A DNA stretch of 64,000 nucleotides from Felis catus (lineage: Eukaryota): assembly GCF_018350175.1 (NCBI RefSeq), contig NC_058368.1:92382001-92446000 (forward strand), given 5' to 3'. The first letter of the stretch is position 1, and every line of letters starts with the position of its first letter. Below, piece by piece: positions 12,311-24,906 of the stretch. The position numbers were made by a program, and so were the translations under genes. A model generated the notes under the pieces. It did not search any database. It saw only the letters and a list, made by a program, of their open reading frames with translations, and was not told where the DNA came from.

Positions 12311-13906
12311 GTTATTGTTGTGTGTCTTGTCATTTTTGATTTAATATTGGACATTTTGTATAAAAGAATAGTAGAGCCTGAGGTAGATAGGATTTATGTC
12401 TAGAAGTGGGCATGGCTCTTCTCAGTGTTTCATGAGAGAAGACTGAGGCAATGCAGCTTCAGTTTAAGCTGATTGTAGGTTTCGTTGTTGCTATAATTGC
12501 CATTAATGTATCATAATATTTTAATTGCTTCCGGGGTGGACTACTGCCACTGCCTTGTACTTAATGTGGATTCTAGGGTGCTGGTGGATTTTTCTGTGTT
12601 CCCAATTCACCTGCAGCTTTAAGTAGTCCTGACTGCTTAAAAAGGGTCTTTCTCTGTGGCTCTTGTCCTTTCCATGTTGTATCCTGCCAGTTGTTGGTTA
12701 TTTGGTGGGATGCTTAAGCTTGGGGTGAGGTGGGAACTCTTCATTCTCTTGGTCAGTCTCACTGAGCCATATCCTGGGTACCTGGATTTGAAGAGTGGGC
12801 CCATTTTCAACATTCTTGTTCCCTCCTATGGCAGTCACACTCTGACTAGTTTATATGGAGAATTTGGGGCAGTAGAGAATTCCATTCTCTGCCCTGAATG
12901 GAAGCTGACCTCTGCTTTGTGTCAACACAGAAGCAGCAGTGGACTTTGCTTGAGATGAGTGACAGGCAAGTTGGCTCGTTCCTCCACAGCCCAACCCCGG
13001 TGTAGATTGCTGGCTTTTATTGCCAGTGCAAGGTTGGTGGTAGATTTGAGGTGGGTTGCCTGACTATGTCCTCAGAAGTTTACCTTTGCCTGGGACTGGG
13101 GGAGAGAGGGAGGGTTTTCTGCACCTTCACAAGTGATGTTGGCTTCTATCCCTGCCCAGAGGCAATGAATCTCTGCCTGGGCTTGGGGGTTGGGGGGTGG
13201 TGGGTGGGAGCACTTCCCACCCCTTCCCTGGGACCCACAGTCCTTGGCGCCCAGTTCCCTTCACAAAGGGCAAGTGGGTGGGGCTTTGTGTGCTTGTGCA
13301 CAGGGGTGGGGCGGTAGGGAGGTGGGGTGAGGGAGTGCAGACTTCCTGCATCAGGAGCAACTAGGGGTGTGACCCTCACTTTAGCCCACACTTGGCCTTG
13401 AAGAATTCCTTAAACATGCATCCATTTTCTGTTTACCCTCTAAGGCAGTTGTCTCTTTGGTCTGCGCTTTGCCACAGGTGAAGCAGTTCAAGAGTCTGGC
13501 CCCTCCTCAGGGCCTATCATCTGAAATTTAGTTCACCTGTCTGTCTGCCTTGCTGTTTCAGTGCTCTGGTGGGCTCAAGGCAAATCATGATTTTATTAAT
13601 GATCCAGCTTTCTGTTGCCTTCAGTCTGGGTTCAAGGACAGTTCTGTGACTTTCTGGGTTCAATCTGGGTTCAGGGACAGTTCTGTGACTTTCTGCATCT
13701 AAGGATCTATCCTGTTTCTAATTCTCTCTGTGAGTCTCCTGTCTCAGAAATAGGTAACAACTCCTCGCTCTTTTTGGGGAAGAAGATGATCATTAACTCT
13801 CAATGCACCTGAAAAGAAATGGAAGCCATCAAGACACCTCATCCTTCCTTCTTTAAGAGTTGAATGAAGAACTAAATGTTCTATAGTTCATAGTCCCAAG
13901 TCTACA

Positions 13907-14433
13907 ATTTTTTTTTTAATTTTTTTTTTTAACATTTATTTATTTTTGAGACAGAGAGAGACAGAGCATGAACAGGGGAGGGGCAGAGAGAGAGGGAGAC
14001 ACAGAATCCGAAACAGGCTGCAGGCTCTGAGCAGTCAGCACAGAGCCCGACGTGGGGCTCGAACTCACAGACCATGAGATCATGACCTGAGCCGAAGTCG
14101 GATGCTTAACCGACCAAGCCACCCAGGTGCCCCATCAAGTATACAATTTTTGTATCTCAATATTTACATAAACAGTTGTTCTTATTTATTTATGTATTTA
14201 TGTATTTATTTATTTTAGAGAGAGGGAACATGTGAGCAGAGAGAGGGGCAGTGGGAGAGGAAGAGGGAAAGGGAGAGAGAGAGAGAGGCAGAGGGAGAAA
14301 GAGAGAGAATCCTAAGCAGGCTCTATGCACAGAGTGGAGCCCAACACGGGGCTTGATCCCATGACCCTGGGATCATGACCTGAGCTGAAATCAAGAGTCA
14401 GATGCTCAACGATTGAGCCACCCAAGTGCCCCT
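13907..14433 (-). mobile_element. Two reverse CAN-SINEs (13907-14133; 14183-14433)
   Basis: Reverse SINE motifs. Confidence 0.9.
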
Positions 14434-15119
14434 GAACAGGTATTTTTTATAAAGGGGGGTCATGAAAAAAATGGGGGACTTGGTTGCAGATTTTGAGTGA
14501 CTTTTGCTTGGAATAATTTCAGATTCTTAATGGTTGTTTAAATTATACCACCTTGTATTATATAGAACATATGGTTTGTTTAAAATGTTACAACTCTGTG
14601 TATGACTTAGGTATGTGTACAGTTAAGCATTTGGAAGAGACGGACTTTGGCCAGTAGAATTTTATTTGATCTTCTCATCACATGACTTTAAAAATGAAAT
14701 GAAGAGTTTCAGCTTTCACTTTTTAATTCTTTTGGCAAGATACGATGAAAAGAAATCCAAGGAGAGTAGGAAGATGTCATGTGAAATGCCAAGAAAATGG
14801 ATTAACGAGGAAAAAAATAATCTGCTTTAAGGTGGAGTGATTCAAATATTAAGAAAATGATCTCATTCGTTTTGGTGACAGAGATGTTTTGGTGGTTTTC
14901 TTTCTCTTGATAAAGAACAGGTACTCTGGGAGCACAGGCCACAAACCTCTGACCCACGGGTGAAGCTTTAAATGTCTAGAGAAGGAATGGTAAACAAGCA
15001 AGGATGCAAAAAAAAACTCACAAAATTCATCCTTAGAAAGAAATATTTGGTTTAAATGCCTGCAAGAACTTTGTGGCACAGTGAGGCAACTGTGTTTGCA
15101 ATTAAGAAAATATGAAACT

Positions 15120-15366
15120 TGCGTGCCTGGGTGGCTTGTCAGTTGAGCAGCTGACTCTTGATTCAGCTCTGATCACGATCCCAGGGTCATGGGATGAAAC
15201 CCAGCGTCAGGCTCCCTGCTGAGCATGGAAGCCAAGTTATATCCACATAGGACCCTGCCCTTGTGATGACTATTTAATGTTGAACTTCGCAGCTTTATTT
15301 AGATGTAGAATAAACAGAATCTTCACACAGGATTTTATTTTTAAAGTTTATTTATTTTGAGAGGGA

Positions 15367-15418
<52 letters not shown>

Positions 15419-15545
15419 CCCAAGCAGGCTCCACACTGTCAGCACAGAGCCTGAAATGGGGCTTGATCTCACAAACTGTGAGATTATGGCCTGAGCCGAA
15501 ATCAAGAGTCAGAGGCTTAAACGACTGAACCATGCAGGTGCCCCA
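15120..15545. mobile_element. CAN-SINE 5' fragment (+, 15120-15230) and reverse CAN-SINE (15334-15545)
   Basis: SINE motifs, long (GA)n. Confidence 0.85.
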
Positions 15546-15586
15546 GGATCCTATGTTTAAAATTATGTGTCTCTTTTACTCCCTAG

Positions 15587-15656
15587 GTTTTATGATATCA
15601 TCTAATACTCCTGCCTACAAAATTCTAAGATCCTCCTAGAATAGAATTACTTTTTG
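15587..15656 (+). pseudogene. Candidate exon, phase 1->2 (GFMISSNTPAYKILRSS*NRITF)
   Basis: ctcttttactccctag| and ttg|gtgact; one TAG. Confidence 0.45.
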
Positions 15657-16369
15657 GTGACTGTAAAAATTATATGAAATTCAAATTTTGGTGTCCATAA
15701 ATAAACTTTAATGGAGCGCAGCCACCTCATTTGTCACATGTCGTCAGTGTCTGCTTTTGCTATACAGTGGCTCTGCTGAGCAGGTGTCCCAGCATGGGCC
15801 CACAAAACCTAAAATGTTTACTCCGGTTCTTTACAAAGTTTGCTGACCCATATTACACATCAGGATGCCTCAAACTGTAACATACATACCAATCACCCAG
15901 GGATCTTACTAACATGTAGATTCTGATAATCTGAGAAGCGGTTAGTGAGAAGGAGCTCCGAAAGAGATATAGCCCTCACCACCTTCTCTCCTGGTGGCTT
16001 CAGGCTTCTCCCTTCTCACTTCTTGAGGCTTCTATTCCCTTCTTGGTTACCTGGACCCAGAGGAATGTGGGCCACAAGAAATAGAAGGGCAGCCAGCAAG
16101 ATCCCCTTGAGAGCCTGGGCAGGATGGAAGAGGGGTGGTGGGAGGGGGCAGAGTATGGAGGAAGCCGTATCCCACCCTGAAATATGCCCCACTGGCTCCA
16201 CATGGCATCTTCTCCCCTCCCCTACTTGGCCTGAAATTCCCATGATTAAGTGTAGGTAGGTACAGAATAGACTTCCTTTTGTTTTGTTTCAGTAACACAG
16301 GCTGATACGGCCACCTGTTTCCATGGCTTCACCTACTATTTTTATATTGATAACTTCCAAACTATTTCT

Positions 16370-17370
16370 TGTCTGGGCTTTCTTCTAAGTATTGGCTCGC
16401 CTGCTTGGAATTTCCACTTGGACGTAGCACATTCAACTTAGATTTAATATTTCTTCTAAAGGAACTCGTGGTCGTCAACTCCAGACTGCTTGTTCTCCAG
16501 CGTTTTCTGTCATAGTAAATGATTAGCACCTTCCCCATCTTGAGACATGGGAATCGGCTTTGCCTCTCCTCCTTAATCCCCCATGAGCTATTATTATGAC
16601 CAAATCCTAAATATGTCTGGGATCCATCCACTTCTTTCTTGTGGTCCCATTCTTTTTTTCTTTTTTGTTTGTTTTTTTGTTTGTTTAAAGAATCCCAAGC
16701 TAACAGTTCAGAGCCTGACATGGGGCTCGAACTCATGAACCAGTAGATTGTGACCTGAGCCGAAATCAAGAGTCTGATGCTTGACAGACTGAGCCACCCA
16801 GGTGCCCCTTGTGGTCCCCATTCTAAGTCACGACCATTTGTCACCTGTTCACCTACAATAGCTTTATGTAGAATCTCTGTATTTAATGTTGCCATGCTAA
16901 AATTGGTTGTCCTCGCTGTGGCCAGAGTAATCTGCTTAAAACAAAAAGGTGATCATATCCCACTTCCTCAGAATAAGGTCCAAGCTCCTCATTATGGTCT
17001 CCATGCCCTGCATACCTGTCCCCTTCCTGTGTCTTTGGCCTCTCTTTGTGGGTTTACTCCCTCGCTTCCTGCGTTCCAGCCATTTTCAATTTTCCCCGTG
17101 TTGTTTTTCAGCAAGTCGTTTAACGATGATGCCTATCATTCTCCTTCTACCTGTCATAAAATGCCTTTTATTTCTAGTCTTAAAATTCGCTTCCCCTGGG
17201 AAGCCTTTCCTGAGCCACCAGATGAAGTCAGATATCCCGGGTATTTGTCCTCATAGCATCCAGCTCCTGTTCAGTGTCCCCTAAAAGTCTGCAAGCCCTG
17301 TGAGGTCGCAGACTGCAGCTTTTCCACCACTGCGTCCTAAGCACCTAGTAGAATGCCTGCCGTCAATAAC
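16370..17370. mobile_element. L2 relic with a reverse CAN-SINE (~16650-16808)
   Basis: L2-like motifs ggccagagtaatctgcttaaaac and cttcccctgggaagcctttcctga. Confidence 0.6.
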
Positions 17371-17405
17371 TATCCATGAACAAACATCAAGAATAGAGAC
17401 AACCA

Positions 17406-17620
17406 GGGGCACTTTGGTGGCTCAGTCGGCTAGGCGTCTGACTTCGGCCCAGGTCGCGATCTCACAGTTCATGGGCTCGAGCCCCGCATCAGGCTCTGTG
17501 CTGACAGCTCAGAGCCTGGAGCCTGCTTTGGATTCTGTGTCTTCCTCTCTCTCTCTGCCCTCCCCGGCTCACACTCTGTGTCTCTCTCAAAAATAAATAA
17601 ATATTAAAAAAAAAAAAGAA
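17406..17620 (+). mobile_element. CAN-SINE
   Basis: TSD aagaatagagacaacca/aagaatatagacaacca. Confidence 0.92.
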
Positions 17621-17745
17621 TATAGACAACCAATTTGATTTGGATGCAAATCATGTGAATGTTTAGGAATCACAGAGTAGTTTCTAGTATCTGTATCTTG
17701 TAGAGAATCCATTTGAAAGCCTACTATTACTGTGGCCCCCTGTAG

Positions 17746-17852
17746 GGTTTCAGTGTTTCCCGCGTAACCCGGGGTGGTTGTCCAAAATTTTCCAACAGGA
17801 TATCAACTTCCTGCTTAGAGGCGTGATGTGCTGGATCCGAGGGAACAACAAT
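17746..17852 (+). pseudogene. Candidate exon; reading frame ambiguous (phase 2->1 with 2 stops, or phase 1->0 fully open)
   Basis: ccccctgtag| and aat|gtaaaa (weak donor); 5 CpG in 107 nt. Confidence 0.45.
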
Positions 17853-18169
17853 GTAAAAGAATTTCCAGATCCACGTGCCCCTCACATTGTCGAGGGACTG
17901 AGTCCTCAGCTCTAGCTATCCTTCTGAATGAGGTTTTGAGACAACCTTCATTCTCAGACACAATTCCATGACATGGACTTTCCCTTTAAGGGTCTTTGGG
18001 ATTTAGTTTTACTTCCCAGGGATTAGAGACCTTGTCTCGGGTGTCTCAGCTTCAGTAACACTTGTGGTTCCATTCTGATGGAACATGATGGCAACTTCAT
18101 ACCCACTTCATAAAGTGGGAGGTGGCACTTTACTGAAAATATACTGTGTCAGTCAATATTAATAATCCT

Positions 18170-18575
18170 AGGTGTTAGTAACATCTAAGATTTATTGGAT
18201 GACTACTATGTTCCAGGAACTGTTCTAATCGCTTTACACTTATTTTTTTTAATGTCTATTTTGAGAGAGAGAGGGAGGGAAAGAGGGCAGAGAGGGAGAG
18301 AGAGAATCCCAAGCGGGCTCCAAGCTGTCAGCACAGAGCCTGACATGGGGTTCGATTCCACAACCATGAGATCATGACCTGAGCCGAAATCAAGAGTTGG
18401 ACTCTCAACCAACTAAGCCACCCATGTGCCCCCTAATCGCTTTACACTTCCTAATTCCTGCAATTCTCCTCCAACTATATAAAATACGGACCATGGTTAA
18501 TCCCATTTTCGGGTGAGGAAATTGAGGTTAACTTGCCCACAGACATATGGCTGTTATGTAGAGGAGCCTGGATTT
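18170..18575 (-). mobile_element. MIR relic split by a reverse CAN-SINE (18243-18432)
   Basis: tcccattttcgggtgaggaaattgagg MIR core; TSD ctaatcgctttacactt. Confidence 0.75.
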
Positions 18576-19248
18576 GAAAGATTTGGGAATAACTTACTTT
18601 CCTGAGAGCAGGCTTGCACTAGGGAGCAATGAGAAGATCTATCATGCTCTTTCTCTCATGCCACCCCTGGCTCAGCTCTCCGTTTCTTGCACTATGAGCT
18701 CCTCAACACCCCACGTCCTGCAGTTCACAACCTGTGCGTTGTGCCCCAGGGTGAAAGTTGACACTCTGGCCCCAAGGCAGTACAGGTGGGCTGAGCATGG
18801 GTTTGTTTTATCCCATTTCGAAGATGAACAGGGCTTCACTGGGGGGAGGAGGCAGTGGGGGGTTGGAAGTTTAGTGCCTGAGGGTTGAAGGAAGAAACAT
18901 CTATCCTGCGGGCTGTGAGGTTCTCCCAAGTGGAATGGAGAGAGGTCTGGGGTTGGGGGAGGGGCTTGGAGTGCTCACTACCACCAAGATGAGAGGAATG
19001 ATGGCATGACGAACCCACCAAGAGTGGAGGCAAAGGTCCCCAAGGTCCAAGTTGGCCTGGAGGAAGTGGAGCTGCTGGAAGAGGCCCCCTCTCCCCACTT
19101 TTGTCATGGATCCTGGAGTGGGTAGGTCACTACCTAGGCTCAGAATGTGCCCTTCCCTGTGACTCAACATCCCACATAACCGGGTGGTTGAATGATACAA
19201 AGTGTGTGGAAGGAGACCTGAAAATGAACTGATTTATTCATCTTCCAG

Positions 19249-19911
19249 CCCGTCATGGTGGGTTAGACCTGGAGGATGATACAATTTAGTTGTATCTACA
19301 CATTTACAGTAAAGAAATGGGATATTATTTGCATCTCAAGTGCCCAGGGGTAGTTTAGCCTTGTTGCCGTAGACTTTGGTGACTCCCTGTCCTGTAGCTT
19401 AGCCCAGATGAAAAAAACCTCAGCTTTGATAGAGAACATGGCTGGCTGGCAATTGCTGAATAATCTTATATAATGAGAGAAGCAGGTCTTGTAAAATCAT
19501 TCTGGGAAAGCATTCTCTGAAGGATGAGACTTTTGGGATGGCAGTTATATGTCTAGACTCTGGAGTTATTGCTGAAGGTAACACTATTTTCTTCCAGAGG
19601 CAGTAGTTACTAAATTTAGTTCAAAACATTTCTTGTCAGTTCTACATAAAGTGGGAAAATACAACCTTTGAATTCACCTGTAACACAACAGGATGTGATA
19701 CGAACAACTGTGAGATCTTTGTATTCTTATGTAGCTTTATCTGGTCCGCATGTCATTTCCGTCAGACTGAGAATACTTCCATCGTAATTTCCTGGTGTTG
19801 AATTATCTTAGATCAGTGATAACTGTACCTTTTAAAAGATAGCTAGAGGACAGTCAAACATTCTTCAGTTTAGCACAGAAAAAAAAAAAGACATCTTTTT
19901 TTTTTCACAAG
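19249..19911 (+). pseudogene. Candidate large exon, phase 1->1
   Basis: ttcatcttccag| acceptor, caag|gcaaga GC-type donor; 663 nt; 13 stops (near random density, so weak). Confidence 0.35.
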
Positions 19912-20021
19912 GCAAGATTAAATAATAGATGGATTTTTGAAAGATTACTTGAGGTCTTTGTGTTTTATCAGTTGAAACTCTTCCTAGAGACATGAAATCT
20001 TTAACATATTTACAAAGTATT

Positions 20022-20235
20022 ATTTTTATTTTTTTAAGTGTTTAATTTTTATTTATTTTGAGAGAGAGAGCAGGGGTGAGTGGCAGAGAGAGATGGAGAG
20101 AGAGAGAATCCCAAGCAGGCTCCACACTGTTGGTGCAGAGCCTGATGTGGGGCTCAAACTCATGAACCATGAGATAATGACCTGAGCCGAAATCAAGAGT
20201 TGGATGCTTAGCTGATTGACCCACCTAGGAGCCCC
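20022..20235 (-). mobile_element. CAN-SINE
   Basis: Reverse SINE motifs. Confidence 0.9.
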
Positions 20236-20492
20236 ACCAAAGTGTGATTTTTAAAGAGGTAAAATCATGATTCCTCAGGCAAAAATAACATGTGTTATTG
20301 ATTTTACTTAGTTTATTAATTAATCGGGGAACCCGTTAGATGTTAATACTGGTTGAAAGAACGTTTAAGATGCTAGGACATTTATAGGCAACTTAATAAA
20401 GAAATATTAGGGTAAGATTGCTGAGTTAGTTATAAGACTGCTTAATGTATAGCCGCCATTAATCTTGGGGAGCTATTTGTTCTGTTGAACAG

Positions 20493-20938
20493 TTAACAAG
20501 TTCAAGAATTCTTGCACCTTTTTATCAGTGGTAAACAGTATATTCCTGTATATAGTTCTTCGGTGTCCAATGCCCCATCTGATTCTGAAAGTATGTGCCA
20601 TGCACACTTTTTGCCTTTTTTCCAACTTTCGAACAAATTTCCTGATGTGTTGTTTTGAAAGGACTGTTGGCCCAGTTCATTTCTGTGACTACAGAGCCTT
20701 TCTGTGACCTGACAAGGTGGCCCATCCTTGTACACTTTCCTGGTCTCCCCAGCTTAGGTTATTGTCTATTTAGCTGCACAGGATAACGGTGCTTTCCTAA
20801 CTACAAAACAGGGCAAATCTGATGGCAGACAGCCTCATTAACAGGACACCTTGTTGAAGCTTCCCAAGGAATTCTAGAATCTCATTTTAGTGACTAGATG
20901 GATAATAGAAGCACAAAGCCTCTAGCTCTTACTTTTGA
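20493..20938 (+). pseudogene. Candidate large exon, phase 1->0
   Basis: tttgttctgttgaacag| and tga|gtgagt; first ~70 codons open, then 9 stops. Confidence 0.4.
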
Positions 20939-21443
20939 GTGAGTTTCCACTCATTTCAGAGTAAGGAGCTAATGGGGTCTTTACCAGAAGGCTTATGAAA
21001 TAAACATTGATCATATAGCTTAGGAGTCAGGAACCTAGGCACTAGATTCAGAGAGGTCAGGATTCCAGCATTGGTCTATGCCTTGTTAACTCTGTCATCT
21101 TGGTCATCTATCGAACCTCTCAGAGCCTCAGTCTTATGTGGCTTATTGTGAAGGTGATAGCAGAGAGTGAAGGTAAGTGCTCACTATGATGCCTTGGACA
21201 CAGTTAATTGTTCAGCAATAAAAAAAAGTAATAAGTTATATTACTGATTGTAGGTCAGATGCTATACTAGGTGAGTCTTGAGCATTTCTGATGGAAAATA
21301 TTGCTGTTATAGACGCATCCATAAATGGCTCTGGACAGAATGGTGACAAAACCATTAGCTCCACCTAGCGGGAGGTGGTATATTGGAGAATGTTCCAGAT
21401 GACCTTCAAGTTGGCCTTTGAAGGAGTGGGAACAGGGGCCTCA

Positions 21444-21660
21444 TCAGGGGTCAGCAAACTTTTTCTGTAAAGTGTGCATATTTTAGACTTTGTGGGCCAT
21501 ACACGGGTCCATCACAACTACTTACCTCTGCCATTGAAGCGCAAAAACAGCTATAGATGATATGTAAACAAATGGGTGTTGCTGTGTTCCACCTAAACTT
21601 TATTTACAAAATCAGTGGCTGGATGTGACCTGTGGGCTTTTGTTTGCCAATTCTGGCCTA
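21444..21660 (+). mobile_element. MER58A-like hAT MITE
   Basis: caggggtcagcaaactttttctgtaaag start. Confidence 0.8.
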
Positions 21661-22411
21661 GAGGATGAACTAAACAATACAGAGGATGAACTGTAGGTTG
21701 GGAGATGGGGTGGGATGAAGTTGTTTCTGGATGTGATGGTGAAGTTCTCCTAAAGGAAATTGACAGAAGGTGGGAGTGGTTTTCATGAACTTCCTTGAAT
21801 TTCAGCTGAAGCAGGTCCTGGCAATCCTCTTCCTGCCTCACATATTCTTGGATTGTCCATTGTAGAGCACAGCTAGGGACACACTGAGCTGTCCACAGGC
21901 ATGGAAGGGCGGGACTCAGGAAGAAGTATCCGGGGGCTGATGGAAGAAGGTCTTGTTATCCATGGATCTGCTGGAGGGGCTGGCTGTTATTCAAGAGAGG
22001 GGAAATGGATCAGAGGCCAGGAATGAGGAAGAAATAATTGACCATCAGAGCTAGGGTGGCTCTTAGGAGGCGACAAGAGTGTGCTGGAAGCAGCAGCCAG
22101 AGGGCGGTGGGGCAGCTGAAGGCATGGTCCAGATGCTGAGCATCTGCTCAGCATGAGCCTGCTCTTTAGGTGTCTGTGGTGCAGTTTGCCTGGGTTAAGG
22201 GTTAGGAGGATGTGCTAATTTCAATGGTTCTAAGAGTTTACCAATTTAGATCCATATTTTGTGTTCCAGAGGGACAGGATCATCACTTGATTTTATAAAA
22301 CATATAAGCAATGTTTGCTAAGCATGGGTAATTTATGATAGAAGGCTGCAGAGTTCCAATATAATAGGAGGGAATGCATGGCTGGAAGAAAATACAAAAG
22401 GGAGGAATAAT

Positions 22412-23090
22412 ATTTTTGTAGCCAACATTCTTATTTTAGCCTTCAAAGAACAAACTTTTCTCCTTTTCCCAAGATACAAAAATGGACATTTACAACACAT
22501 CTTCAGGGGTGCCTGGGTGGCTCAGTCAGTTAAGCATCTGACTCTTGGTTTTGGCTCACGTCATGATCTCATGGTTTGTGAGTTTGAGCCCTCTGTCAGG
22601 CTCTGTGCTGGCAGCGTGGAGCCTACTTGGGATTCTCTCTCTGCCCCTCCCTTGCTTGTGCTCTCTCTTTCTTTCAAAATAAATGAATTAATTAAAAAAA
22701 AAACCAACAATGCATCTTCAAAACATTTCCCTTTACTGGGAAACTTAACTTTATAGAATCCAAACATTAAAAGTTTAAAAAGAAATTTCTATTTTGTGTC
22801 ATTATAAGACAAAAGAGAGTAAGCCAAGGAAATCTATTTATATTTCAGGTCCTTTTCCTCCAGGAACCAGCATTGTTAAATTATTTCTATATAATGAAAT
22901 CTGATCTAATTTGGTGATCCTTCTTCCTTCTGATGTGATTTCCAAATTCATCAGATCTCAAAAGTGTGCCAACAATTTCTTTATCACTCTTCATCACACT
23001 GTGAATTCTTGATCCTATACATTTGTCCACAAGCTCTGGAGGTGGCTGCTGTGACAGGTTAGTGGTACCATCAGCCGCCATGGCTACAAA
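22412..23090 (-). pseudogene. LSM5: Processed LSM5 (U6 snRNA-associated Sm-like protein) pseudogene
   Basis: ATG at 23081: MAADGTTNLSQQPPPELVDKCIGSRIHSVMKSDKEIVGTLL; after a frameshifting deletion, EITSEGRRITKLDQISLYRNNLTMLVPGGKGPEI* ending 22838; intronless; 3'UTR-like tail with decayed polyA signal and A remnant near 22412; UTR split by a SINE. Confidence 0.93.
22506..22705 (+). mobile_element. CAN-SINE inserted in the LSM5 retrocopy 3'UTR
   Basis: TSD acaacacatcttca/acaatgcatcttca. Confidence 0.9.
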
Positions 23091-23629
23091 GTCAAGAGAA
23101 GAACAGTTTTTATGTGTCAGGAGGAGTAAAATCAGCATTTTGAAAAATATATTTAACAAAGGAGCATTCTAGGTAAAGAAGACTGAGGGTTTCAGTTGCT
23201 TAACATAAGTCAGTGATACCATGTGGCTATTAACGTGATCTTTGTTCATTTCATGTGTAGTGCTGAGATAGTGTTGAGATTATGGGAGGTCCGAATTATT
23301 CTGTAGCCTGCATGGTTCAAGGCATATGTGGAGTTTTTTATTTTTTGGTTCTGGGTGCTACATCCTAAAGGATAAACCTTGGCCAGGAAGGTGAGGAATA
23401 TGTCAATGAGGTGCTGTAAGTTTGGCTGCCATATAATTTATTGTACAAACTGGGATGCGTTGGGAGAATGAAAGAGGTCTATCAAGAAAAATTATCCAAC
23501 CCTTGGAAACAAAGCAAGAGAATAATTTAATGTTCTTTTCACATCATCCTGGGGCATTATTTTTCAGACCTGCCCAGGGATTATTTGAACCCCTAGAAGG
23601 GTATACCTTTTGACTTTGCTCTCTATTAT

Positions 23630-23868
23630 TTTTTTAAAAATTAATTTATTAAATTTATTTATTTTTAATGTTTATTCATTTTTGAGAGAGAGACAGAGCA
23701 TGAATGGGGGGAAGGGCAGAGAAACAGAGGGAGACCCAGAATCTGAAGCACGCTCCAGGCTCTGAGCTGTCAGCACAGATCCCAATGCGGGGCTTGAACT
23801 CACAAACTACAAGATCATGACCTGAGCCAAAATCGGACACTTATCCAACTGAGCCACCTAGGCACCCC
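23630..23868 (-). mobile_element. CAN-SINE
   Basis: Reverse SINE; TSD tgctctctattatt/tgctctctgttatt. Confidence 0.9.
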
Positions 23869-24717
23869 TGCTCTCTGTTATTTGATGAGATCCTGGACAC
23901 TGTGAAGTCTACAAAGGATACTTGTAGAAAAAAACAACCCCAAAGTTTATTATTCAGTTCCAGGTAGGATTAACCAGTTTTAGATCTCAACTAGCAAACT
24001 TATTCTAACACCTTTTTTCTAGTTCCTCTATCATGTTATTTGTTCCCTCCTTAATGAATAATTTGAATAAGATATTTAACGCACATCCATTCTGTATTAG
24101 TTTGAATGTCATATTTTAACTTAGTGAACTTCGTATTTTGAGAGGCGTAGTTATTGTTCTAAAAAAACAAAGTTAAGCCTGGACTATCCTGGGAAAACCA
24201 GACTGTATAAAGAAATGTTTGAAGGAATTCAGAATATTTATTCTGGAGAAGATAGGGTGTAGGATGCTAGGCAGGGGATTTGAATGATAAAGTGTCATGT
24301 TGTGTGTATATTTTGAAAACTTTAAGGGATGAAGATAGCTTCTGGAAGGGGCAGGAAGGTGACGGTAGGCTTCAGGAAGGTCGTTCTTTGGGTGCTGAAG
24401 CAGCCCATGAACGGGGCCCCAGTGCAGGTCTTTGGTGAGCTGGTCTGTGGGGGCCCTTTTCTATGAATCAGTCACCTGTCACTAGTAGAAGCTGACACCT
24501 GATGGATGGAAACCAGCTCTGCCAAAGAGGCTCAAGAGAATTAGGCCTTTTACACATAGTTGCGGATGTTGGAATTCAGACCTTGGTTTCTAGATTTCCA
24601 AGCTAGGAAAGGCACCAGAGGTCCTTTCATCACACCCCAGCTGGATTCCCATTTTAATTTTATGCGGTTGAGTTTGGGTTAGTATGTCTGTACTCTGTTA
24701 TGTATTGAGTTTTCCAG

Positions 24718-24850
24718 TTTTCACCAAATTGTCTAAACATATTTCCAAGCATTGATGCAGTCTATATGGTTGGTATTCTCAATGATGAAGTCGAGTGATA
24801 CCTCGTAATGTATGTGAGTCGATACCTTGTAATGTATATGGTTCTTACAA
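24718..24850 (+). pseudogene. Candidate exon, phase 0->1 (FSPNCLNIFPSIDAVYMVGILNDEVE*YLVMYVSRYLVMYMVLT)
   Basis: ttttccag| and caa|gtaagg; one TGA; internal 24-nt in-frame duplication; alternative gtgagt donor at 24814. Confidence 0.5.
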
Positions 24851-24906
24851 GTAAGGACCAGTTTTAGCTTTGTAAAAGAAATTGCTCATAAGAATATGAA
24901 ATATCA

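Noticed and set aside
13625..13695. Direct repeat ctgggttca(a/g)ggacagttctgtgactttctg x2
   Set aside because: Simple local tandem duplication at the edge of old repeat-like sequence; no further structure.
14921..14989. Exon-like segment with AG and GT ends
   Set aside because: Stops in all frames and ambiguous boundaries; cannot be supported, though not excluded.
16777..17284. 159-aa and 111-aa overlapping ORFs
   Set aside because: They lie in SINE and L2 relic sequence with no splice or homology support.
19249..20938. True gene on the minus strand (for example ORFs 20502-20735 and 20525-20725)
   Set aside because: Splice signals bounding the unique segments are consistently on the + strand, and the minus ORFs are short and unremarkable.
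22887..23159. 90-aa ORF as a functional LSM5 gene
   Set aside because: Intronless, frameshifted inside the Sm fold, with substitutions at conserved residues.
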